From Promethearchaeia archaeon (GTDB lineage: Archaea > Asgardarchaeota > Lokiarchaeia > Sigyniarchaeales > SOKP01): a stretch of 12,301 nt of DNA. Positions within the stretch are counted from its first letter, which is position 1, and the number at the start of each line of letters is the position of its first letter. The notes beneath the pieces were generated by a model. The model was not told the DNA's origin, did no database searches, and worked only from the letters and a program-made list of their open reading frames with translations. Shown piece after piece: positions 1 to 7,122 of this stretch. Location of the stretch: the NCBI GenBank assembly GCA_029856125.1, contig JAHQWJ010000153.1, positions 1-12,301 on the forward strand, given 5' to 3'. Made by a program: the position numbers and the translations under genes.

Positions 1-170
1 TTATTAATTTTAAAAGAGCTTAATTGTTTTTTCAAGCCCTTCAATTTCAGCTTATTAGTAGAAAAATTAAAAAGTGTCCTTTGATACGGTATTTGTAAAC
101 CAGATAAGTTTTTATCTATGACATTAGTCGTTGAATATATTTCTCAAAAAAATTAGGATTTATTTTAAAA

Positions 171-662
171 ATGATTTACTTAGAAGTTAAATTACCAGAT
201 ATTCCGGGAAGCTTAATAGAATTAATTAAACCAATCTCCAAAAATGGGGGGAATATCCATGGTATATTACACCATCACGATAAAAAAATTAATAACACGA
301 TTCCAGTTGATATTTGGTTTGAGTTAAGCGAGGAATTAATCGAAATATCGCTAGAAAACATAAAAAAAGAGTTAATTGAAAAAAATATACAACTTACGAA
401 GATTTCAGTAGGCTCTAAAAATAAAATTTTAACTTTTATATTAACTGGGCATGTTTTTGATACAGATATAACGAATACAATTAAAAGGTTGGATTCAAAG
501 AACATTAAAGTTCTTGAATTACACGCTAAATTTACTGAAGTTAATGAAATAAGTAGTGTGTTAATGAAAGTAGAATTTCCTGAAGTTATGACAAAATTCG
601 AATTAATTGATGAAATTGAAAAGATATGTGAAGAGAAGAATCTCTTTTTGATACGATCTTAA
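171..662 (+). CDS. ACT-domain protein, predicted allosteric regulatory partner of homoserine dehydrogenase (COG2061-like)
   Basis: The N-terminal ACT signature LPDIPGSL...ISKNGGNIHGILH is followed by a second half with ILTGHVFDTDITNTI and C-terminal EKNLFLI. This matches the archaeal tandem-ACT family found upstream of hom, and the gene ends 10 bp before hom. Confidence 0.88.
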   Translation: MIYLEVKLPDIPGSLIELIKPISKNGGNIHGILHHHDKKINNTIPVDIWFELSEELIEISLENIKKELIEKNIQLTKISVGSKNKILTFILTGHVFDTDITNTIKRLDSKNIKVLELHAKFTEVNEISSVLMKVEFPEVMTKFELIDEIEKICEEKNLFLIRS

Positions 663-672
663 TAAATTAGTT

Positions 673-1695
673 ATGTGTAAAGGTATGGAAGTAAAAATCT
701 GTTTAATTGGAATGGGAAAAGTTGGAACAAGTTTTCTTCAGTTGTTAAAAGAAAAACGAGATTATATTAGAGTTAACTTTAATTTCAATTGCAAATTAGT
801 TGCGATTTTCGAATACGACGGCGCTCTGATTAATAGCGGAGGAATAGACTTAGACAATATATTGGAGGATCACACTAATTTAAGAAAAAATCAATTTTGG
901 ATGAGTAATGTGAAAGTTCAGGATTTAATATCTACTTTAGATATAGATATATTAATTGAAACCACACCAACTAATCCAACTACTGGAGAACCCGCATTAA
1001 CACACATTACAGAAGCATTAAACAATAATATCAACATAATTTCATCAAATAAAGCACCGTTCTATTTGCAGTACGCTAAAATTCAAAATTTAGCCGAAAA
1101 GATGAATTGTTTCGTAAAATTTGAAGCAACGGTAGCAAGTTGCGTCCCTGCTTTATCTATTAAAGAAAGCCTTATGGGAAATACAATCTCTCGAATTAGA
1201 GCAATATTAAACGGTACAAATAACTATATTCTAAGCCGCATGACAGCTGAAGGAGTTTCTTTTTCAGTAGCTTTAAAAGAGGCGCAAGAGTTAGGATACG
1301 CAGAAACGGATCCAAGCTTAGATATTAATGGTTATGACGCAGCTGGGAAACTAGTAATTTTATCAAACGAGATACTTGGATGGTCAAAATCTATTGAAGA
1401 TGTAAAAATTAAAGGAATTACTAAAATCACGCCACATGCATTAGAACTAGCCAAATTAGATGGTTATGTAATAAAACATCTCGCTATTGCTGAAGATAAT
1501 AACTTAACTGTAGAGCCAAGGTTGGTTAAAAGAGATTCACCTTTAAACATTCAAGGAACCTTAAACCTGATTGAACTTCAAACGAAGCACGCGGGATCCA
1601 TAATTTTAATTGGGAGGGGAGCAGGTGGTTTTGAAGCAGCATCTGCTATATTAAACGATCTTATTAGCATAGTTAAAGAAAAAAAAGGTTTTTGA
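673..1695 (+). CDS. hom: Homoserine dehydrogenase (short form, no fused ACT domain)
   Basis: Motifs seen: Rossmann GMGKVG, SSNKAP, FEATV, ILNGTNNYIL, GYAETDPSLDINGYDAAGKLVIL (catalytic Asp/Lys region) and GRGAGGFEAASAILND. The true start may be ATG 685 (MEVKICLIG). Confidence 0.96.
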   Translation: MCKGMEVKICLIGMGKVGTSFLQLLKEKRDYIRVNFNFNCKLVAIFEYDGALINSGGIDLDNILEDHTNLRKNQFWMSNVKVQDLISTLDIDILIETTPTNPTTGEPALTHITEALNNNINIISSNKAPFYLQYAKIQNLAEKMNCFVKFEATVASCVPALSIKESLMGNTISRIRAILNGTNNYILSRMTAEGVSFSVALKEAQELGYAETDPSLDINGYDAAGKLVILSNEILGWSKSIEDVKIKGITKITPHALELAKLDGYVIKHLAIAEDNNLTVEPRLVKRDSPLNIQGTLNLIELQTKHAGSIILIGRGAGGFEAASAILNDLISIVKEKKGF

Positions 1696-1696
1696 A

Positions 1697-3055
1697 ATGA
1701 GTTTTCACTCCACTAATTATAATTCATCACATGTAGATTTCAAAACTGCTGTTTTACAAGGCCAAGCTATAGACAATGGATTATACATGCTAAATAACAT
1801 TCCAAGACTGACTGATGATACGATTGATTCATTCAAAAACATGGATTTTATTGATATTGCAAATATTGTAATTAGAAAATTCATTGGAAACATTATAGCA
1901 CAAGAGAAGCTTCAGCAAATCGTTAATAATGCCTTAAATTTTAAAATACCTATAGAAAAGATTACTAATAATGATTACATGTGTTATTTAGATCGAGGTC
2001 CTACATGTAGCTTCAAAGATTTTGGAGCGAGAACATTAGCAAGAATAATGGAACATTTTCTCGAAGCAGATAACAAGAATATAACAATATTAACTGCGAC
2101 CTCAGGAGATACTGGAGGTGCCGTCGCTCAAGCGTTTTACAAAATGTCTCGAATTAAAGTTGTGGTTTTGTATCCTAAAAACGAAATAAGTGATTTACAA
2201 AGAAAACAAATGACAACGCTAGGAGAAAATGTAGTTGCTTTCGGGATAAATGGTAAATTTGACGATTGCCAAAAGTTAGTAAAAACTGCTTTTTCTGATA
2301 AGGAGTTAAGCCATGTAAATTTGTCATCGGCGAATTCTATAAATTTTGGGAGGTTAATACCTCAAACGCTTTATTATTTCTGGAGTTATTCCAGAATTGT
2401 TGGTAAAAAGAACGAAAAGGTTATATTTTCAGTTCCTTCAGGTAATTTCGGAAATCTCACCGGAGGATTAATAGCTAAGAAAATGGGACTTCCTATAAAG
2501 AGATTTATTTCAGCTGTAAATGAAAACAACGAATTTCCAACATTTCTAAAAACGGGAGTTTATACCAAAGTCGATCCCTCGATAAACTGTATATCTAATG
2601 CTATGAATGTTGGTCATCCTTCAAATCTAGCAAGAATATTTGATCTGTATGGAGGTCAAATAGATGAGAAAGGAGTAATACATAAAGTACCAAATATGGA
2701 AGAACTTCGCAATGATATAATTTCGTATTCCATTAGCGATGAATCAACTAAAGATGCAATAGTTAATTTTTATAATAAATATAAAAAAATAATAGAACCT
2801 CACGGGGCTGTTGGGTGGGCTGCGCTCCAGTTATATCGAAATAGTTATCCGAAGAATAATGATATTAAATCATTAACTTTTGAAACTGCTAATCCTTCAA
2901 AATTTCCTGAAGAAATAATCAAGTTAATCGACATCGTTCCAAAAATGCCATATTCGTTAGAAGTAATACAAGATAAATCCGAATTTCCAAACCCAAAAGA
3001 AATTAACGATTATGCCAACTTTAAGGAATTTTTATTAGAAGAGTTTCAAGGTTAG
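1697..3055 (+). CDS. thrC: Threonine synthase (PLP-dependent, long class II type as in E. coli ThrC and yeast Thr4)
   Basis: Motifs seen: PLP-lysine GPTCSFKDFG, ATSGDTGGA, FDDCQ, SANSINFGRL, SVPSGNFGN and SNAMNVGHPSN. It starts 1 nt after the hom stop, with AGGT at 1686-1689 as a possible RBS. Confidence 0.96.
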   Translation: MSFHSTNYNSSHVDFKTAVLQGQAIDNGLYMLNNIPRLTDDTIDSFKNMDFIDIANIVIRKFIGNIIAQEKLQQIVNNALNFKIPIEKITNNDYMCYLDRGPTCSFKDFGARTLARIMEHFLEADNKNITILTATSGDTGGAVAQAFYKMSRIKVVVLYPKNEISDLQRKQMTTLGENVVAFGINGKFDDCQKLVKTAFSDKELSHVNLSSANSINFGRLIPQTLYYFWSYSRIVGKKNEKVIFSVPSGNFGNLTGGLIAKKMGLPIKRFISAVNENNEFPTFLKTGVYTKVDPSINCISNAMNVGHPSNLARIFDLYGGQIDEKGVIHKVPNMEELRNDIISYSISDESTKDAIVNFYNKYKKIIEPHGAVGWAALQLYRNSYPKNNDIKSLTFETANPSKFPEEIIKLIDIVPKMPYSLEVIQDKSEFPNPKEINDYANFKEFLLEEFQG

Positions 3056-3071
3056 AGCATGTAGTTATAAC

Positions 3072-3683
3072 CTAATCGGAAAATCCTAAATATTTAGAAA
3101 TCAAATCTTTTAATTCATCGTATTCGTTAACAACCGGGAGTTCTGGAAATTGCTCAACCACATTTTTTGGTGGTCTAAACAGAATACCATGTTTTGCTTC
3201 TAACAACATGGATACATCGTTGTACGAATCCCCTGCCGCAATCACTTCGTAATTTAACTTTTTGAAAGCTAAAACTGTCTTTTTTTTCATCTCACTAATA
3301 CGAATTTTATAACCAGTAATTATACCTTCTTCATTTATTTCTAGATTGTGGCAAAAACACATAGGAAAACCCAATTTTTTCATAAAAGGCATTACAAAAT
3401 CAATAAAACTATCAGTTAAAATAACTATTTGGGCTACAGAACGAATGTAATCCAAAAATTCTTTTGCTCCAGGTAATAGATCCATTTTCGAAATAATTTC
3501 CTGTATTTCTTTAAGAGTGATATTATTTTTTTTTAATATTGCGATGCGATTACGCATAAGAACATCATAATCAGAAATATCTCGAGTGGTTAATTTAAGT
3601 TCATCAATTCCAGTAGCTTTACTTACGGCGATCCATACTTCAGGAGTGAAAACACCTTCTAAATCAAAACAGACAATGTACAT
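3072..3683 (-). CDS. thrH: Bifunctional phosphoserine phosphatase / phosphoserine:homoserine phosphotransferase (HAD family, ThrH)
   Basis: CFDLEGVFTPEVW (DxE HAD motif I), TTRDISDYDVLM, CHNLEI and IAAGDSYND..ML.EA..GILF run collinear with Pseudomonas ThrH as recalled. The start was moved from TTG 3716 to ATG 3683 (MYIVCFDLEG), which matches the homolog N-terminus. Confidence 0.93.
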   Translation of the reverse strand: MYIVCFDLEGVFTPEVWIAVSKATGIDELKLTTRDISDYDVLMRNRIAILKKNNITLKEIQEIISKMDLLPGAKEFLDYIRSVAQIVILTDSFIDFVMPFMKKLGFPMCFCHNLEINEEGIITGYKIRISEMKKKTVLAFKKLNYEVIAAGDSYNDVSMLLEAKHGILFRPPKNVVEQFPELPVVNEYDELKDLISKYLGFSD

Positions 3684-3820
3684 AATTACTAAGATAAATA
3701 TCAAGTAGTTTTTCAATTTTTACTTTTTTCAACACGTTTATGATTATTTTCAGATTAGACTCTTAGAAAATCTTAAATGTTTTCTTATTACCAAATAAAT
3801 ATAACACTTGGATTCTCAAT

Positions 3821-3834
3821 TAAAAATTTATAAT
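3821..3834 (+). promoter_or_regulatory. Putative archaeal BRE/TATA box for a leaderless or short-leader transcript of the CoA-transferase-like gene
   Basis: The sequence is TAAAAA-TTTATAAT, with the TATA element at 3827-3834, 24-31 nt upstream of ATG 3858. Confidence 0.5.
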
Positions 3835-3857
3835 ACTCTTGAAAAAGTGGAAAATTA

Positions 3858-4739
3858 ATGGATGAGATTTCTAAAGATTATACAGTAGACGAAATGATAA
3901 CAGTTTTAATGGCAAGAGAAGTTCAAGATGATGACATTATGATCGTTGGAGTTGCGACGCCTTGTGTATGGGCGGCTTTTACTTTAGCAAAAATGACGCA
4001 CGCACCAAACGCCATATATCATTATATTATGGGAAATATTTTTGTATTCGAACCTCGGCAAGTTTCTTTACTTTATTTAGAAATGAACACAGCTAGAGCT
4101 TACCGCTTTCAAAATTCCGGGGAATGTACTTTAGAATCCCTTCCTTCGGATAAACTTACTACCATTGAGTTCTTTAGACCAGCACAAGTAGATCAATACG
4201 GTAACACGAATAATATTTGTATTGGAGACTGGACTAACCCAAAAATAAGATTACCGGGTTGTGCTGGGATAGCGGATTTTAGTATGTTCTACGCCCGAGG
4301 ATCTTTTCTATATGCACCTCGTCACGATTCACGAACATTTGTTCCAACCGAAAAGTTGGATTTTGTGTCTGGAGTTGGTTTTCCTGATGGTAAACCTTCT
4401 ATATGTGGCGGAGCAGGGCCACAATGTATGATTTCTAATTTAGCATATATGGATTTTGACGAAAAAACTAAGCGTATGAGGTTAACATCAATCCATCCAG
4501 GCGTTGATTTCGATACCGTTAAAGAATCAACCGGGTTTGAATTGATCATCCCCGAAAAAATTCAAGAGACGAATCCTCCTACAGTAAAAGAAATCAATGT
4601 ATTGAGAAATAAAGTTGATCCCCTAAAAATTAGAAAATTGGAAATACTATCAGGTAAAGAAAGAGAAGAATTACTAAATGAAATCATCCAGAAAGAATTA
4701 GCAATGAAGCAGAGATTTCCAAAACTACTAACTAGTTAA
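3858..4739 (+). CDS. Family I CoA-transferase beta-subunit-like protein (GctB/AibB/IpdB fold)
   Basis: YTVDEM..LMAREV, AQVDQYGNTN..IGDW..PKIRLPG, FDEKTKRMRL.SIHPGV....V.E.TGF.L and R.KVDP run collinear with glutaconate CoA-transferase subunit B as recalled. Confidence 0.88.
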   Translation: MDEISKDYTVDEMITVLMAREVQDDDIMIVGVATPCVWAAFTLAKMTHAPNAIYHYIMGNIFVFEPRQVSLLYLEMNTARAYRFQNSGECTLESLPSDKLTTIEFFRPAQVDQYGNTNNICIGDWTNPKIRLPGCAGIADFSMFYARGSFLYAPRHDSRTFVPTEKLDFVSGVGFPDGKPSICGGAGPQCMISNLAYMDFDEKTKRMRLTSIHPGVDFDTVKESTGFELIIPEKIQETNPPTVKEINVLRNKVDPLKIRKLEILSGKEREELLNEIIQKELAMKQRFPKLLTS

Positions 4740-4805
4740 ACCTAATATCTCTCCTATTTAGAGGATTAATTAAACTTCGAAATGTAAAATTCTAAGGGGA
4801 TTAAA

Positions 4806-4816
4806 TTTAAATATAA
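4806..4816 (+). promoter_or_regulatory. Putative TATA box for the beta-helix surface protein gene
   Basis: TTTAAATATAA is followed by AGGA at 4837-4840 and GTG at 4852. The AT-rich background limits certainty. Confidence 0.35.
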
Positions 4817-4885
4817 GCTTTTTTCATTTCTTACATAGGAATCAAAAAGAAGTGAAAAAAAATAAACAAGAAGATATCTTTTTTA

Positions 4886-6286
4886 ATGGGAATATCCATA
4901 ACCCTATGCTTGGTTTTCGGATCATTAATAATATCTTCATTTTTATTTTATACACTCGATACACACCAAAAGGGAAAAGAAACTGATATTGGCTATTTCG
5001 CGGAACGTCCAAAGTTAGCGGCAATTCACTTACCAATTTTAATTAACGGTAATGATAATTTTAAGACTCTAGCCGGGTTCGAAGGATGGTTTGGAAATGG
5101 AACGGAAAGTAATCCGTATATTATTGAGAATTATATAATTAATAATACAGTTACGAATTACAATGGGATTGATATTCAGAACACTAGCGTGTATTTTATC
5201 ATTCAAAATGTGACTGTAACTAACGGTACACTCTATGATAACGATGGATTTTTTTTTTACAATGTTTCAAACGGGGAATTGAGGTATAATACTGCTTATA
5301 ATAATACATGTGGTTTTAACCTCCAAAACTCTACTAATAACATCTTGATGGGAAATAACGCTACCAAAAATGATATTGGTTTTAACCTTAATTATTCAAA
5401 CAATAATACTATGATTAACAATAACGCTATTAATGCCAGTAAATATGGTAGTGGGTTCTCTCTCCAATATTCATGTAAAAATATAGTGACGGGCAATGTC
5501 GCTTCTAATTTCAATAATCATGCTGCTGGTTTTAATCTCCAAAACTCTACTAATAATATCTTGACAACTAATACTGCCACTAATAATAGTTATGCTTTCT
5601 CGCTCCATTATTCTAGTAATAATACCTTAACGGGCAATACTGCTACTAATAATGGTGGAGGTTTCTATCTTAATTATTCAAAGAATAATACTCTAAATAG
5701 TAATACCGCCATAAATAATTTTTATGATTTTAGCCTTTGGTATTCAGACTACAACAATTTGACGGATAATACTGCCAAGGATAATTATCAAGGATTCTAT
5801 CTTCATTATTCTGCCAATAACAACTTGATGGACAATTCAGCTACCAATAAATTTGCGGGATTCTCTATTCACTATTATTCCAACAATAATATCTTGGAAG
5901 GCAATAATGCCACCAATAATTATTACGGTTTCGACATTTCTTTCTCTGCTAATAATACCCTGATATGCAATAATGCCACTAATAATGATATTGGTTTTGA
6001 TCTCCTAGAATCTGCCAATAACAACTTAACAGGCAATACAGCCGATAGTAATGAGTATGGTATATATTTAGATCACAGCGATTATAATACCGTTTGTGGA
6101 AATTTTTTGTCGGCTTATAAAAAATGTATTTATGAGGTTGAATGCACCGGGAACATTATTTTTAATAATACTTGTGAAGATCTCGACCGTGAATCTAACG
6201 CTGTGATATCTGGTTATAATATGGTGTTTTTAATTACAGTTATAACTGTTTTTATTGTAATTTTCTTTAAAAAAACGAAACCCTAG
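4886..6286 (+). CDS. Secreted or cell-surface right-handed parallel beta-helix (NosD/PbH1) repeat protein with a Loki-CTERM-like C-terminal sorting signal
   Basis: It has an N-terminal hydrophobic stretch, a GNGTESNPYIIEN motif and about 13 repeats of 22-25 aa (GFxLxxSxNNxLxxNxAxNN). The C-terminus is ISGYN, a hydrophobic helix, then KKTKP. More than 20 N-x-S/T sequons were counted by eye. Confidence 0.88.
   Translation: MGISITLCLVFGSLIISSFLFYTLDTHQKGKETDIGYFAERPKLAAIHLPILINGNDNFKTLAGFEGWFGNGTESNPYIIENYIINNTVTNYNGIDIQNTSVYFIIQNVTVTNGTLYDNDGFFFYNVSNGELRYNTAYNNTCGFNLQNSTNNILMGNNATKNDIGFNLNYSNNNTMINNNAINASKYGSGFSLQYSCKNIVTGNVASNFNNHAAGFNLQNSTNNILTTNTATNNSYAFSLHYSSNNTLTGNTATNNGGGFYLNYSKNNTLNSNTAINNFYDFSLWYSDYNNLTDNTAKDNYQGFYLHYSANNNLMDNSATNKFAGFSIHYYSNNNILEGNNATNNYYGFDISFSANNTLICNNATNNDIGFDLLESANNNLTGNTADSNEYGIYLDHSDYNTVCGNFLSAYKKCIYEVECTGNIIFNNTCEDLDRESNAVISGYNMVFLITVITVFIVIFFKKTKP
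5311..5564 (+). repeat. Intragenic direct repeat, 36/38 nt identical (5311-5348 and 5527-5564)
   Basis: The copies are tggttttaaCctccaaaactctactaataaCatcttga and tggttttaaTctccaaaactctactaataaTatcttga. Both encode GFNLQNSTNNIL, 216 nt apart. Confidence 0.9.
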
Positions 6287-6385
6287 AAATTAAAATTATT
6301 TAAATTTGATACATTTAAACCGTTCTACTTACTATAAGTGTATGTAAATTTTAGTAATAGTTTTTTCTCCTTTTTTAAAACTCAC

Positions 6386-7093
6386 TTAGGGATAAATCAA
6401 ATATAATTCGTTAATGCGCCCTTTCTTTTCTAACCTTATATGGTGTTTTTCTAGTAACTTATCAATATGATATTTGATGGAATTACGAGAGAGATTCAGA
6501 ATGCGGGAAATCTCGGCAGAATTAATTCCGGGATATTTCTTAATAGTATCCATTATTTCTAAAGTAGTTTTTGATTTAACAAATTGATTTTTAAATGTTT
6601 CAATTGCTTCTGTCGATGATGTGATAGGAAAATATATAGCATATTGCCCATATTTTTCTTTTTTTATAATGCTATGCTTTAACAGTGTGTCTAAATGCCA
6701 TTGTAATTGTCCTTTATTCAAACTGCAACTTCGAAGTAATTCGTTGTGATGAATACCTGGATTATTGAGGATTTCAGTTAAGATTTTTAATCGTGATTCG
6801 TTTTGAAATATATCCGCAAGAGATAGATAAGATCTACCTTCTTTTATATAACTCCTTCTAATAAAATAATTTCTATATTCTTGTACCGTGAGAGCAGAAA
6901 ATGTTGAAACGAAAATTAGAGTCGGTATTAGAAGGAAGATAACAACCAGTCTTATGGTATTTAAATCACCAAAAAAACTTAGTTCTCTAAATAGATCTAT
7001 TAAAAAACTTAATATAACTATGAGTAAAGCAAGAGAAATAAGAGTCAAACCTAATCTGAAAAAAAAAGAAATTTTTAAATTACGAGATTTCAT
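6386..7093 (-). CDS. Membrane-anchored transcriptional regulator with two winged-HTH domains (COG3398-like)
   Basis: Two N-terminal hydrophobic helices precede FQNESRLKILTEILNNPGIHHNELLRSCSLNKGQLQWHLDTL and a second HTH, IKKYPGINSAEISRILNLSRNSIKYHIDKL. Confidence 0.85.
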   Translation of the reverse strand: MKSRNLKISFFFRLGLTLISLALLIVILSFLIDLFRELSFFGDLNTIRLVVIFLLIPTLIFVSTFSALTVQEYRNYFIRRSYIKEGRSYLSLADIFQNESRLKILTEILNNPGIHHNELLRSCSLNKGQLQWHLDTLLKHSIIKKEKYGQYAIYFPITSSTEAIETFKNQFVKSKTTLEIMDTIKKYPGINSAEISRILNLSRNSIKYHIDKLLEKHHIRLEKKGRINELYLIYP

Positions 7094-7122
7094 ATTCCCA
7101 CTTATTTCTTATTGAGGTTTAT

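Noticed and set aside
275-505. 76-aa ORF on the - strand
   Set aside because: It is an antisense shadow inside the well-supported ACT gene and has no motifs.
3684-3696. 13-mer AATTACTAAGATA shared with 12246-12258, both upstream of - strand genes
   Set aside because: The distances to the start codons differ, the gene functions are unrelated, and an AT-rich 13-mer match is plausible by chance in a window this size.
3684-3716. N-terminal extension of thrH from TTG 3716
   Set aside because: Similarity to ThrH begins at ATG 3683, and the extra 11 codons look like intergenic sequence.
4322-4549. 75-aa ORF on the - strand
   Set aside because: It is an antisense shadow of the CoA-transferase-like gene.
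4842-5036. 64-aa ORF on the - strand
   Set aside because: It overlaps the start of the surface-protein gene in antisense and has no recognisable features.
5280-6120. Roughly 66-nt periodicity resembling a CRISPR array or a diversity-generating retroelement repeat pair
   Set aside because: The repeats are degenerate, in frame and explained by beta-helix coils. There is no constant repeat with unique spacers, no cas or reverse transcriptase gene, and the two mismatches in the best pair are synonymous C/T changes.
6302-6376. Imperfect hairpin and T-tracts between the convergent surface-protein and regulator genes
   Set aside because: The stems are short and almost all A/T. The T-tracts may terminate transcription but cannot be placed with confidence.
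6888-7115. 75-aa Lys/Arg-rich ORF on the + strand
   Set aside because: It is antisense to the TM-coding part of the regulator, and its basic composition simply mirrors T-rich hydrophobic codons.
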